A stretch of DNA of 64,000 nt from Gracilibacter sp. BRH_c7a (lineage in GTDB: Bacteria > Bacillota > Desulfitobacteriia > Desulfitobacteriales > Syntrophobotulaceae): positions 81,091-145,090 of the forward strand of contig LOEZ01000080.1 of assembly GCA_001516055.1 (NCBI GenBank), in the 5' to 3' direction. Both the position numbers and the translations under genes were made by a program. The number at the start of each line of letters is the position of its first letter. Within the stretch, counting starts at the first letter, position 1. The notes below the pieces were generated by a model. It had not been told where the DNA came from. It ran no database searches and was given only the letters and a program-made list of their open reading frames with translations. Shown piece after piece: positions 20,702 to 30,875 of the stretch.

Positions 20702-21052
20702 ATGGAAAAAAGATTTTTTTATGTTAAAGATTATACGCAAAATGTTCCTGAAAAAGCTACCAAGAACGTCCTTCACCAAAACGATCAAACCAATTCAGTG
20801 ATTTGGGTTATTCCTCCAGGTGAAGTGCTTCCAGCTCACTATCATCCTGAAACGGATGATATCTGGATAATCCTCCAAGGCAAAGGTGAATACTTCCTCG
20901 GGAGAGGTGAGACATTCCCGATAGAACCTGGAATGGTCATTCCAGCTGTTAAAGGCGAGATTCACGGTGCCAAAGCTGTAGGGAATGAGCCACTCGTCTT
21001 TGCAGCAGTATCTGCCCCCATGCCCGCTGTCATGATTAAAGAAGGAGAATAA
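20702..21052 (+). CDS. Cupin-domain protein
   Basis: 116 aa with cupin metal motifs (PAHYHPETDD ... GEIHGAKA). Strong AAGGAGG RBS. Confidence 0.75.
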   Translation: MEKRFFYVKDYTQNVPEKATKNVLHQNDQTNSVIWVIPPGEVLPAHYHPETDDIWIILQGKGEYFLGRGETFPIEPGMVIPAVKGEIHGAKAVGNEPLVFAAVSAPMPAVMIKEGE

Positions 21053-21074
21053 TTTACACATTATTATAATAAGA

Positions 21075-21226
21075 AATCGACCGCAGTAAGCACGGTAAGC
21101 TCGCAATGACGCGAAGCGCGGCACTTTCGCCGCTCCTTGCCATCCATGGCACCGCGGCATTAGGTCATCCGTGACCGTTGCGACAGGATGTTGCTAGTGC
21201 CGGAAAGGCTACTGCGGTCGATTTTA
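21075..21226. repeat. GC-rich structured element closed by a 15-bp long-range stem (copy 1 of 2)
   Basis: AAATCGACCGCAGTA (21075-21089) pairs with TACTGCGGTCGATTT (21210-21224), enclosing about 120 nt that look GC-rich against the AT-rich flanks. Internal hairpins are GCGGC/GCCGC, GCCA-TCCA-TGGC and GGTCA-TCCG-TGACC. The core 21129-21176 recurs at 44356-44403. Confidence 0.6.
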
Positions 21227-21247
21227 TTGCTTTACTGAGGTCTGAGT

Positions 21248-22519
21248 TTACTCTAAGTCCACTGATAAATGCTTAACTGTATCTTGACAGTATTTAATCC
21301 TCTCCATATCTTCCTTAGTAAGGAGGGGAAACTTCTCATTGTTCGCTAATGCTTCATCTACAGGGATAACCTCATATACCAATCTGTTATTAATCCTTTT
21401 TTTATTGACCCAAGTAGGGATGGCTTCGGCATCAAGGATTCGAGGGCAATCGTCACAATAAACCCTGATAGTTACTTTAGCTATAATACCCTGCTCCGTA
21501 TAAATATCGTCAACAGTCTCTTTACGTTGATCTGAGATGAAGTTTCCCTGGGAATAGAAAACAGGGACTGCTCCTCCGCCTCCATAAGAAGAAGGCAAGT
21601 AGACTGCAGGCTGAAGAACATGAGGATGCCCGCCAAAAATCATATCTACCCCTAGTTCAACAAGCTTTTCGGCCAATTCTTGCTGGAAGGGGTTAGGTGA
21701 GCGGTGATATTCATTTCCCCAATGCAGACAGACAACAATGACTTGAGCACCAGCACTCCTGGCTTCCTTTATTTTATTACCCATCATTTCCACAGTACTA
21801 TCAAGATCTTCAGGATCGAACCCATCCATCAGATTAGCCATATCCTTAGGCAGGATTAAACCATTGATACTCAGACTTCCGTCCGCTAAAGAGCCACTAT
21901 ACCCAAAATTAAGGAAAGCAACTTTCACCCCTTTAATATCCTTAAGGACATAAGTTTTTTCCTCTTCTTTAGCCTTCACACCGATAATATCCAACCCTTT
22001 TTCTCTTGAGACCTCGATGGTGCGGTAAAAGCCGCTGATTCCTTTATCCATCCTATGGTTATTGGCAGCAGTTACGATATCCACACCAGCATCCTTGAGA
22101 GCATCCATGATAGAATCAGGCGTATTAAACTCGGGATAACCAGAGTATCCTCGATCTTGACCTGCCAAAGTTGTCTCAAGATTGGCGATTGTTATATCCG
22201 CATCTTCCAAATAGGGTTTTACATATTTAAACTGACTGCTGAAATCGTAGGAATTAGTTTGAGGATTAGAAGCTGCCATATAAACAGTGTTATGTATTAA
22301 GATATCCCCTACTGAAGCAATTGTAATATCTACATAATTTGGTTTAGTAGGCAAGGGTGGAGTAGTGGTATCGTTATTCGAGGGGGGAGAATCCTCTGTC
22401 ACCTTATCTGTAATGAGAATATTTCTCGCATGCTGAATTAAGTCATCTATCTGAAATGATAAACCACCCAAGTTTAAGGCAATACTGATTAGAATTATTA
22501 GGAGTAGTCTCTTTTTCAT
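21248..22519 (-). CDS. CapA-family (PGA_cap metallophosphatase-like) exported protein
   Basis: N-terminal signal/anchor, then SVGDILIH, NLET, AANNH and WGNEY motifs typical of CapA / poly-gamma-glutamate capsule family proteins. Confidence 0.75.
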   Translation of the reverse strand: MKKRLLLIILISIALNLGGLSFQIDDLIQHARNILITDKVTEDSPPSNNDTTTPPLPTKPNYVDITIASVGDILIHNTVYMAASNPQTNSYDFSSQFKYVKPYLEDADITIANLETTLAGQDRGYSGYPEFNTPDSIMDALKDAGVDIVTAANNHRMDKGISGFYRTIEVSREKGLDIIGVKAKEEEKTYVLKDIKGVKVAFLNFGYSGSLADGSLSINGLILPKDMANLMDGFDPEDLDSTVEMMGNKIKEARSAGAQVIVVCLHWGNEYHRSPNPFQQELAEKLVELGVDMIFGGHPHVLQPAVYLPSSYGGGGAVPVFYSQGNFISDQRKETVDDIYTEQGIIAKVTIRVYCDDCPRILDAEAIPTWVNKKRINNRLVYEVIPVDEALANNEKFPLLTKEDMERIKYCQDTVKHLSVDLE

Positions 22520-22684
22520 TTGAACTACACCTTCTTCCTTCTACCTTTTTTAGTAGTCTTCACTATTAATGTACTATAAAGACATTGAGAAAAAAAGAAC
22601 TTTCTCAATTAAAATTTTTTATGTTGCTATATTGTTTAAAACATGTTAACTGTTTTGCTAAGCAACTCAGGTGCTTAGCGTTCG

Positions 22685-23827
22685 TTATCCCCCACTTATA
22701 TTATTGGAAGCGGGAGTCTTAGGAATGGTTTTTGCGTCATAAATCAAATTGTCAACTAGACAGACTATATTATCAGGAGAAAGTGCTTTAGATATTTCTT
22801 GTGTCTTTTGAATCATACTTCGAAGAAGAACGGGGTCAGCTTGAAGCTTTCTAACTACTTTGCTCAAATCTGTAGAATCCCCTACCCTTATGGCTACACC
22901 TGCTTTGATTAGCACTTCTGTATTTTCTTCTTCCTGACCAGGTATGAAAAAAGGGATTACCATAGGAATATTTTTGCTGATGGCCTCAGAAATAGTTAAT
23001 CCCCCAGGTTTGGTAACAAGAACATCTGACTGGTCCATTAGTTCAGGTATATCTGATGTGAAACCGTAGATAATTACTTCCTTACCCCTGTAATTACTTG
23101 AATATTTCTCCTGTAATTCCTTTCGAAGTTTACTATTACTTCCGCAAACTACTATTATCCTTACGTCATTAAGGTCATTTATTAGTTTTTGCAGACATTG
23201 CTTCATGTATGGAACGCCCATGCTTCCTCCCATGATCAGCAAAGTAAAAGGTTTATTCATTATGACCTTTCTAGGCTGACGAAATTCTTTTCTAATAGGG
23301 ATACCATAAGCGAAAATCTTGTTTGCACTAATCCCTTTCTCGATAAAAGTATTTTTAGTGTATGTAGAGGCAACGATATAAGCGTCAACATATTTGCTCA
23401 CATAGAATTGATGTGCCATATAATCAGTAACCACAGCAATGAAAGGTAAATGAATTTTACCATTTGCCTTGAGACGAGAAACTACATTTACCAGAATGGG
23501 ATGAGTACTAATAATCAGATCTGGATGATAATCTTCGATAAGGAGATTAACCGTATTACCCAGAGCCTTATTAAAAAAAATCACGATTCCTTTGTTAATA
23601 TACTTTTGATCGGTTATCTTATAGATCTTGCCATACATTTTTGGTAATTTCGTAGCCAAAAGATTGTAGCCATCATCAATCAGCGTCTCCATGACACGAC
23701 CTTCTTCTTTCAAAGGTTCAGCAATTCTTACCTCATAGCCGGATGCTTCCAGGTCTTTTTGCAGACATTTGGCAGCTTGATTATGGCCGTGACCGGTTGA
23801 AGCTGACAGAATAAGTACTTTAGGCAT
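22685..23827 (-). CDS. MGDG-synthase family glycosyltransferase (diacylglycerol glycosyltransferase, UgtP-like)
   Basis: Characteristic N-terminus KVLILSASTGHGHNQAA and C-terminal GT-B motif KPGGLTISEA. Confidence 0.8.
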   Translation of the reverse strand: MPKVLILSASTGHGHNQAAKCLQKDLEASGYEVRIAEPLKEEGRVMETLIDDGYNLLATKLPKMYGKIYKITDQKYINKGIVIFFNKALGNTVNLLIEDYHPDLIISTHPILVNVVSRLKANGKIHLPFIAVVTDYMAHQFYVSKYVDAYIVASTYTKNTFIEKGISANKIFAYGIPIRKEFRQPRKVIMNKPFTLLIMGGSMGVPYMKQCLQKLINDLNDVRIIVVCGSNSKLRKELQEKYSSNYRGKEVIIYGFTSDIPELMDQSDVLVTKPGGLTISEAISKNIPMVIPFFIPGQEEENTEVLIKAGVAIRVGDSTDLSKVVRKLQADPVLLRSMIQKTQEISKALSPDNIVCLVDNLIYDAKTIPKTPASNNISGG

Positions 23828-23847
23828 CTTTTGAACCTCCTCTCACC

Positions 23848-24903
23848 CTAACACGCATACACTACACTGTTAGGTTGGATAGCAGTATTTTTCTCTAAAA
23901 AAAGGTCCCTACCTATCACGGTGTTACTACCAATCAAGGTACCTTCCTGAATAATAGTATTCATGCCTATAAGACAATTAGATCCGATGATAGCGTTATT
24001 AATCACGACATTATCCTGAATTGCAGAATTATCCCAGACAATACAATTATTCAAGCTCACATCACTACCTATCTGACAGTTACGACCTATAAATACATTT
24101 TCACCCAGATCAAGATTCAAGTTAGTTGACGTATTGATTCCTGAAAAACAGCTCCCTTTAAGCTGATAACGACCATCTGCTAAAGCGAAATTAAATAGGG
24201 TAGGGAGTCTTAGGATGTCTATATGGGCTAGTTTATAAGCCTCTATAGCCCCGATATCACACCAATAGTCATTCGTTTGGAAACCGAAAAACCCTGCTCC
24301 AAGTTCGAGTAGTTTGGGAAAAAGCTGACTTCCAAAATCATAAAAACCGTCAGGGATATAATTAAAGATTTCAGGTTCAAAAAGATATACTCCTGTATTA
24401 ACTATATTGCTTAATGCCTCTTGATGTGATGGTTTTTCCTGAAAAGCTTTTATAGTACCACCATAATCTGTGACTACTACCCCATATAGAGAAACATTCC
24501 TGACAGGCTTTAGAGCTATAGTGGCGATTGAACCTTTGCGTCGGTGAAACTCATACATATCTGATAGATTGATATCTGTTAAAGCATCTCCACTCAAAAC
24601 GAAGAAAGTTTCGTTAAGAAAACCTTTGTTGTTTTTAACTCCTCCAGCTGTTCCGAGAAGTTCCTTTTCATAGGAGTAACTGAGCTGAATGTTGAATCTC
24701 CTGCCATCACCGAAGTATTGTTTAATATACTGAGGGTTGTAATGAGTATTGGCAATAATGTCCCGAATCCCATGCTGCTTAAGAAGCTTAAGAGAATATT
24801 CCATAACAGGTGTATTAAGGATTGGTACCATAGGCTTTGGTAAAGGACTAGTCAAGGGTTTTAACCTTTCTCCCATACCGGCAGCCATTATCATCGCTCG
24901 CAT
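23848..24903 (-). CDS. Sugar-1-phosphate nucleotidyltransferase with C-terminal left-handed beta-helix
   Basis: N-terminal MAAGMGERLKPLT nucleotidyltransferase signature. Hexapeptide repeats at the C-terminus. ATG 24903 behind AGGTGA. Confidence 0.8.
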   Translation of the reverse strand: MRAMIMAAGMGERLKPLTSPLPKPMVPILNTPVMEYSLKLLKQHGIRDIIANTHYNPQYIKQYFGDGRRFNIQLSYSYEKELLGTAGGVKNNKGFLNETFFVLSGDALTDINLSDMYEFHRRKGSIATIALKPVRNVSLYGVVVTDYGGTIKAFQEKPSHQEALSNIVNTGVYLFEPEIFNYIPDGFYDFGSQLFPKLLELGAGFFGFQTNDYWCDIGAIEAYKLAHIDILRLPTLFNFALADGRYQLKGSCFSGINTSTNLNLDLGENVFIGRNCQIGSDVSLNNCIVWDNSAIQDNVVINNAIIGSNCLIGMNTIIQEGTLIGSNTVIGRDLFLEKNTAIQPNSVVYAC

Positions 24904-25039
24904 GAAAATCACCTACTTAGTCAGCGTTGGGGCCTTATAATACGGGATTAATCGAGATACACACATATATAGTATAGCATTATTTACCATATATTGGCTC
25001 GCCTTAATAGAAAATTTACTGCTTTATAACAGATGGCGT

Positions 25040-26338
25040 CTAAATCTTGTCAATTAACTGGAGGTCAATCAACTCGAGGGAAACTGTCACTAGATTTTGT
25101 GTGTAAGGTTTAGTTTTGAGTACTCCGATATATCGCTTGTCTGGGGAAAGCTTTAGCCAGGGTACTATTTCTTCTCCTTCTTGGAGATGAAGGAGAGAAA
25201 CGAAGTCGTATTTATCTTGAGTAATACTAAGAGCTGAATCAAAGGCGTAGGTTGTGGTATGATCGGAAGATTTGGCCGAAAGCTGTAATTTACCATTATC
25301 CCAACTAAAATCATAATTTGTTTCATAGCTATCTCGACGAGCTAAACTAGTGATTTTCAGGGTAGGAAGATCCAACAGAATCCATTGACCAAAAAAATCT
25401 TCACTATAAGGTCTGAAATACTCACTTACCACGACTTGATTAGAATCAGGAGACCAGATAGGATCTACAAAAGCATGATTATAAAGAGTATTAAAGTGCC
25501 GAATTATCCTTGTTTGTATATCTAATACCCACACTTTCGTGAGATAATGGTCAAAATATGCATAATTAGAACCTACAAGATACCTGCCATTTGGAGACCA
25601 AGTAAGAAACTCAGTAGAAAATGTATGAAAACTCTGGGAGTCTGGATTTTGTGTGAGCTCCCATTTATTCTGTTCCTGCGTCACAAAGTCTCGAATCACA
25701 ACATAACCTTTATCGATGTATGCAGCCCTCTTATTATCAGGAGAGACCGCAAAACTTTGGTCGTTCAGATAGTGAAGCAAAGATGAAGGGATAGAATCTT
25801 CTGTGTCTAAGCCTACTAACCCTACTCCCCGCGGGAGAGAATAGAACTGCAGGGTCTGTTCAGATGACCAGTTATAAAGATGATTCCAATCATTATCCTC
25901 ATACTTGAAAGAGACAAAAGGGTCAAATTGCCAGCCTGTCGGAGTTTTATTGGCCTCAATAGGCTTGAAAATCATAGTGCGTGCCAGAGTCGAGAGCTCT
26001 ATTGGTTCAGTGGTATCGAAATCACGTAAGAAGAATTGTTTCGGCTCATAGAAAGGACTAACTAGCCAAACACTTTCGGGACAAGGGTTATCATCTGCGA
26101 AATCACTCAGATATATAAGATCATTTTGATTATCATAATAATTATGCCACTTATCTCCAATTATGATTTGAAATACAGGTTCAAGGTCTTTAGTAGATAA
26201 TATGATTTTGGATATATCAAGTGAATTATTTAATTTCTCATCGTAAAAAGTTACTGTCTTCATATCGGAACAACTAACTGCACACAGCAAGACCATGAAA
26301 AAGAGAATAACCTTATATAGATTATAATTTTTCATCAA
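25040..26338 (-). CDS. Lipoprotein with TolB/PD40-like beta-propeller repeats
   Basis: Lipobox LLCAVSC|S. Repeated SPDNKR / WSPNGRY / WSPDSNQ / LSPDKRY motifs. Confidence 0.65.
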   Translation of the reverse strand: MMKNYNLYKVILFFMVLLCAVSCSDMKTVTFYDEKLNNSLDISKIILSTKDLEPVFQIIIGDKWHNYYDNQNDLIYLSDFADDNPCPESVWLVSPFYEPKQFFLRDFDTTEPIELSTLARTMIFKPIEANKTPTGWQFDPFVSFKYEDNDWNHLYNWSSEQTLQFYSLPRGVGLVGLDTEDSIPSSLLHYLNDQSFAVSPDNKRAAYIDKGYVVIRDFVTQEQNKWELTQNPDSQSFHTFSTEFLTWSPNGRYLVGSNYAYFDHYLTKVWVLDIQTRIIRHFNTLYNHAFVDPIWSPDSNQVVVSEYFRPYSEDFFGQWILLDLPTLKITSLARRDSYETNYDFSWDNGKLQLSAKSSDHTTTYAFDSALSITQDKYDFVSLLHLQEGEEIVPWLKLSPDKRYIGVLKTKPYTQNLVTVSLELIDLQLIDKI

Positions 26339-26589
26339 ACAGACTCCCTTAAGCGATAACCTTTTCTTATATTTATATACTATTATTATTACAACCTTTT
26401 AAGGACGCTAATCCGATTTGAAAAAAAATATTTTATCTATTTCAGTCCCTATTCCTGTGATAATGATGTTTAAGCTATATATCAGATGGCAATTTTATAT
26501 ATAGTTTAGTATACTTAATAACATTCAGGTGATCGGGGTATAATACCCAATTCAATATTAAAAGATAATGGAGAATAAACGACGATATA

Positions 26590-26619
26590 TTTGACCTTTA
26601 TTGACCTTTGTAATAAAAT
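26590..26619 (+). promoter_or_regulatory. CtsR operator overlapping the clpP promoter
   Basis: The bottom strand reads GGTCAAT-AAA-GGTCAAA, the CtsR direct heptad repeat. TTGACC (26591-26596), 17 nt, TAAAAT (26614-26619). Confidence 0.7.
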
Positions 26620-26668
26620 AAACATATAAAAATAATACAAATACAATAATAATGTTGGAGGGAATTAT

Positions 26669-27292
26669 ATGAGTTATTTAATCCCAATGGTAGTAGAACA
26701 AACAAACCGTGGTGAGCGTTCCTACGATATCTACTCCAGACTGTTGAAAGACCGTATCATCTTTTTGGGTGGGGCAATCAATGAAGACGTAGCTAACGTA
26801 GTGGTTGCTCAATTGCTTTTTCTGGAAGCTGAAGATCCGGAGAAGGATGTCTACCTATATATCAATAGTCCTGGAGGATCGATAACCGCAGGGATGGCTA
26901 TTTATGATACGATGCAATATATCAGATCGGATGTTCAAACTATCTGCATAGGAATGGCAGCGAGCATGGGAGCTTTCCTCCTTTCTGCTGGTGCTAAAGG
27001 GAAACGCACAGCTCTCCCCAATGCCGAGATTCTTATTCATCAACCATTGATTGCTGGTTCGGGTTTAGCTGGGCAGGCAACCGAGATTGAGATTCATGCT
27101 AAGCAATTGCTTAAAATTAAGAGCAAGCTAAACAAAATCTTAGCTGATAGAACGGGTCAGCCTTTAGAGAAAGTTGAGAGGGATACAGATCGTGATTTCT
27201 ATATGTCAGCAGAAGAAGCCAAGGATTATGGCATAGTTGACCAAGTACTGGAGAAAGCCATCGTTGATAAAAAGAAGAATACCTTAAAATAA
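26669..27292 (+). CDS. clpP: ATP-dependent Clp protease proteolytic subunit
   Basis: [19 protein letters not shown]-terminus, catalytic [11 protein letters not shown], then HQPL. Confidence 0.95.
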   Translation: MSYLIPMVVEQTNRGERSYDIYSRLLKDRIIFLGGAINEDVANVVVAQLLFLEAEDPEKDVYLYINSPGGSITAGMAIYDTMQYIRSDVQTICIGMAASMGAFLLSAGAKGKRTALPNAEILIHQPLIAGSGLAGQATEIEIHAKQLLKIKSKLNKILADRTGQPLEKVERDTDRDFYMSAEEAKDYGIVDQVLEKAIVDKKKNTLK

Positions 27293-27346
27293 AAAAGACG
27301 TAAAAAAAATAGATGAATATTGTATTTTGTTATTACAATAATTAAT

Positions 27347-27379
27347 AAGCGCAGGAATTGTCCTGCGCTTAAATTTTTT
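27347..27379 (+). terminator. Rho-independent terminator after clpP
   Basis: AAGCGCAGGA-ATTG-TCCTGCGCTT followed by AAATTTTTT. Confidence 0.75.
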
Positions 27380-27489
27380 AAAGTTCATTTGTGGTTTATA
27401 GACCAATATATGACAAATATATAAATAAAACCGATAAAAAATGCCATACTAAGTGTTGAGGGAAAAAAATAATTAAAGGAGGAAGTATC

Positions 27490-28485
27490 TTGCGCAAAAT
27501 TCGTAAAGCAGTAATACCTGCTGCCGGTTTGGGTACAAGATTCCTTCCTGCAACTAAAGCTCAACCTAAAGAAATGCTTCCGATTGTTGATAAGCCTACC
27601 ATTCAGTATATTATTGAAGAGGCTGTACAATCCGGTATTGAAGACGTAATTATTGTAACCGGACGAAACAAAAGAGCTATTGAAGATCACTTTGACCGTT
27701 CGGTAGAATTAGAAGTCTTCCTTCAACAAGGAGATAAGTCGGAATTACTGGACATGGTAAAAGGTATTGCAGATCTTGTAGATATCCATTATGTAAGACA
27801 GAAGGATACTCTTGGTCTAGGTCATGCTATTTATAGCGCTAGGAAGTTCATAGGAGATGAGCCTTTTGCCGTTTTGTTGGGAGATGATATCATCTATTCA
27901 GCTGAGCCATGTCTCAGACAGATGATGAGGTATTACGAACTATATGGAAGTAATATTATAGGAGTACAAGAAGTTCTCCCTAGTGAAGTATCCAAATATG
28001 GCATCATTGACGGAAGTAAGATATCTCCTAGACTGTTTAGAGCGGAACACATGATTGAGAAGCCTCCTATTACAGAGGCTCCTGATATTCCCCTGGCTAT
28101 CATGGGTCGTTATATCCTCAATCCAGAAATATTTGATATCTTAGCTGAACTGCCTCCAGGCAGAGGCGGTGAAATCCAACTAACGGACGCCATCTTAGAG
28201 TTGAGCAAGTTGCAGGATGTATATGCCTATAATTTTCAAGGCAAAAGATATGATGTTGGAGACAAATTTGGCTTTGTTAGAGCAACGATAGAATTTGCCC
28301 TCCGACACGAAGAAATCGGTAACAGCCTTATGGACTACCTGGTAGATATGATAAGCCGTTATGAACAAGAAGGTCAGGAACTTCGTTTAATAACTACCAA
28401 GAGTACAGAAGAAGCCATTGTTTTCCCAATTGCTGATCCTGAAATGTTTTCTGGAAAAGGTAGACGGAAGCAGACAGTAAAGTGA
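27490..28485 (+). CDS. galU: UTP-glucose-1-phosphate uridylyltransferase
   Basis: TTG start behind AAAGGAGGAAG. Motifs KAVIPAAGLGTRFLPATKAQPKEMLP and VEKP-like MIEKP. About 40 aa C-terminal extension. Confidence 0.9.
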   Translation: MRKIRKAVIPAAGLGTRFLPATKAQPKEMLPIVDKPTIQYIIEEAVQSGIEDVIIVTGRNKRAIEDHFDRSVELEVFLQQGDKSELLDMVKGIADLVDIHYVRQKDTLGLGHAIYSARKFIGDEPFAVLLGDDIIYSAEPCLRQMMRYYELYGSNIIGVQEVLPSEVSKYGIIDGSKISPRLFRAEHMIEKPPITEAPDIPLAIMGRYILNPEIFDILAELPPGRGGEIQLTDAILELSKLQDVYAYNFQGKRYDVGDKFGFVRATIEFALRHEEIGNSLMDYLVDMISRYEQEGQELRLITTKSTEEAIVFPIADPEMFSGKGRRKQTVK

Positions 28486-28728
28486 AACTTGCCAAATTAT
28501 CGGCCTGGTTGAACTAATGTTTGTGATAGGTAGGTGGGACAAACTTTATCCTATTATGAAGAAACTAAGGTATAAGATGTAATCTATTAGTTACTAGTTG
28601 GAAGATGTTGGCGGATAATAAAGCTACTTAAAGAAAAATAGACAATGGGACATCCTCATTGCGACAAGCTTTTCCTCTGATTGTTGGTAATCTTATACAG
28701 AAAATACCAATAGTTAGGAGGGAAAAAG

Positions 28729-29460
28729 ATGGACTTTAGCCGCAAAAGCCTGCTAACCCTTACCGGGGCAGTAGTTCTGGCGGGGATAATTATTGTTGGT
28801 GGTATTTATGGGCCAACAGCCTGGAAAGTATTTCGGGGACAGGCTGAAGTTCCAGAAGATCAGGTGGTAATCCAGACTCCGCCAATTAACTACGGCGATT
28901 CGGAGGCAGGAAATAATACAGAGGGTAATAACGGTGATTCCTCGGCAACAACCGGAAACGTTACGCCTAACTCCACTCCCAATAGCGAGTCTACCACCGA
29001 TTCGGCAGGAATTAAAAAGTATAAGGAGCCGGACTTGAGTCTCCTGAATCTTGCTCCATCGGTAGAGGAATACTTCGGTGAAGGTGCTCTAAGCGATGCA
29101 GCAAGGACACTGGCTTTTGGGGCTTGCTGGAACATTCATCAGTATGCTGATGGATACCTATACGGTATTACCGCAGGACCCCAGATGAATGAGGACGATA
29201 TCAGAAAGTATATTATTTTCCACAAAACTTTGTGGGAGAAACAAATTGAAAACGAGGTGAATTCTAACAGAGCCGCAACCTTCGATGTCTACTTCCGAAA
29301 TCTTTTAAACAGGGGTATTGATGCCTTTGATACGAAAGATAAGGTAAGAATCGAACAGTTCCATCAAGAAATCCATGATTTAGATACCCATCTGTTTAGA
29401 GATGATATGAGTTCCAGAGTATATGGAGCAACGCCGTTTGCCACCAAACGCTCGGAATAA
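28729..29460 (+). CDS. Hypothetical membrane-anchored protein
   Basis: GGAGGG RBS, one N-terminal TM helix, an S/T/N-rich linker, and a globular C-terminal domain with no recognised motif. Confidence 0.6.
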   Translation: MDFSRKSLLTLTGAVVLAGIIIVGGIYGPTAWKVFRGQAEVPEDQVVIQTPPINYGDSEAGNNTEGNNGDSSATTGNVTPNSTPNSESTTDSAGIKKYKEPDLSLLNLAPSVEEYFGEGALSDAARTLAFGACWNIHQYADGYLYGITAGPQMNEDDIRKYIIFHKTLWEKQIENEVNSNRAATFDVYFRNLLNRGIDAFDTKDKVRIEQFHQEIHDLDTHLFRDDMSSRVYGATPFATKRSE

Positions 29461-29503
29461 ACAGAGAGAAAGAGCAAAAATAGAATAGGTGAAAACAAAA
29501 CCA

Positions 29504-29546
29504 AAAAGTTATCTCTGGAGGTCCGACCTCCAGAGATAACTTTTTG
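29504..29546 (+). terminator. Rho-independent terminator
   Basis: 18-bp stem AAAAGTTATCTCTGGAGG / CCTCCAGAGATAACTTTT plus a T run. Confidence 0.85.
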
Positions 29547-29684
29547 TAAAGGGATACGATTTTTATCCTTGACGGCATAATAATAGTATGTAATATTCAG
29601 TAGTAGAAGACGTGATAAGAATATTGTTAGATATTATCGCATAGTTAATGGTCAATGAACATTCGTAAATATGGAGGTGGATAA

Positions 29685-30014
29685 ATGATTGTCACAGTAA
29701 CCGCAGGATTATTTCTAATGGTCATAGGAGCTCTTATTTGGAAGTTCCGACTTATCCGTCTATTCGGCGGCAAACGGGCGGATAAAGAAACAGACGAAGC
29801 AGGGTTGGCAAAATGGATTGGCTTTAATCTGATTATTATTGGTATCGTAATTAGTATTTTTGCAGCAGTTCAGATGCAGATATTCCACACTACCTATATG
29901 CTTGTTGATTTCACGATAATCATTATTCTTTCTACCCGGATGGCAATGGGCACAGCAAAATTCCATAAGCCCAAGGGATCTTCCAAAAAAAAGAGTAATA
30001 AAGTAAAAAAATAA
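29685..30014 (+). CDS. Small membrane protein (DUF3784-like), lysine-rich tail
   Basis: GGAGGTGG RBS. Three TM helices with a cytoplasmic loop ...ETDEAGLAKWIG. The family call is from memory only. Confidence 0.55.
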   Translation: MIVTVTAGLFLMVIGALIWKFRLIRLFGGKRADKETDEAGLAKWIGFNLIIIGIVISIFAAVQMQIFHTTYMLVDFTIIIILSTRMAMGTAKFHKPKGSSKKKSNKVKK

Positions 30015-30148
30015 CCCTGGAATTGACTTTTTGCCTTTTTATATATTATCTTAATCAAGTGATTTATTTTTTTAAGAAAGATATGTTTAAAATCCGCTTG
30101 AAAAGGACAAGATGGTAATAAAATCCTTTTTAAGGGGATTGTGATTTT

Positions 30149-30802
30149 ATGCGTAAAACATATTGGTTTCTAACAGTATCTCTTTTCTTTCTTGGAATTC
30201 TTGTAGGAGTGGCGGGTTATATTGTTTGGGAGACATCTATTCAACCAGGAACACATTATCAGGAGAAAGATAATGCTACCAAAATAGACGCCAGCAAATA
30301 TCAGCTTCCGCTTCCAAGTGTCACCAGCCATGATTTAGGGCTGGGGAACCTTGATGAAAATGACCTAATTCCAAATAAATCTCAAGAAGAAAAGGATACA
30401 GACCTTTCCGCTGTGGAACAAGAGAAGATAATATCGGACTATAAACAGAACCTGGGAATTCTATTCGATGCTTGGAAAGCCGAAGACATATCAACTTTTA
30501 AAGAGTGTATCGCCGAGGCTTACACAGGACAACTTATGGAAACTCATATCCAAAAAGCTGAAAAGTTTCTTTCAGGTGGAACAGGTTTATATATCGATGA
30601 AGTAAGTTTTGACGATATTAGGATAGAAACAGCGGATAAACACTCGGCTACGGTTAAAGCCATTTATCGTTATACCGTTAGAGACTATGACCTAGCGGAA
30701 AAATCTCCTCGCGGTGAAGAATTTAAGCATTTTGTCCATGTTAGAGCTAACTTAATAAAAATGGATTCTCGTTGGCTGATAACTGGAGAAACATCTATTT
30801 AA
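30149..30802 (+). CDS. Hypothetical membrane-anchored protein with NTF2/Tim44-like C-terminal domain
   Basis: N-terminal TM helix. The C-terminal alpha+beta domain pattern is a tentative assignment. Confidence 0.55.
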   Translation: MRKTYWFLTVSLFFLGILVGVAGYIVWETSIQPGTHYQEKDNATKIDASKYQLPLPSVTSHDLGLGNLDENDLIPNKSQEEKDTDLSAVEQEKIISDYKQNLGILFDAWKAEDISTFKECIAEAYTGQLMETHIQKAEKFLSGGTGLYIDEVSFDDIRIETADKHSATVKAIYRYTVRDYDLAEKSPRGEEFKHFVHVRANLIKMDSRWLITGETSI

Positions 30803-30840
30803 CTCTTCGGGCAGGATTTAACCTGGATATGGCGAATATT

Positions 30841-30875
30841 AACAACTTGGAAATTTCTTTTCAAGTTGTTTTTAT
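30841..30875 (+). terminator. Rho-independent terminator lying only about 20 nt upstream of the next gene
   Basis: AACAACTTG / CAAGTTGTT stem followed by TTTTA. Confidence 0.65.

Noticed and set aside
20795-21160. Minus-strand ORF starting MPRCHGWQGAA, with a similar MPRCQGWHEAA ORF at 44286-44522
   Set aside because: The shared N-terminus simply reflects translation of the repeated GC-rich DNA core. Neither ORF has an RBS. One overlaps the well-supported cupin gene in antisense, and the sequences diverge completely outside the repeat.
22655-22679. Hairpin GCTAAGCA...TGCTTAGC downstream of the MGDG-synthase-like gene as a terminator
   Set aside because: No U-tract follows it on either strand, so it does not fit an intrinsic terminator.
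27385-27690. 101-aa minus-strand ORF overlapping the galU start
   Set aside because: It overlaps the galU RBS and N-terminal nucleotide-binding motif in antisense. Its composition is N/F/S-rich, as expected for AT-rich antisense sequence.
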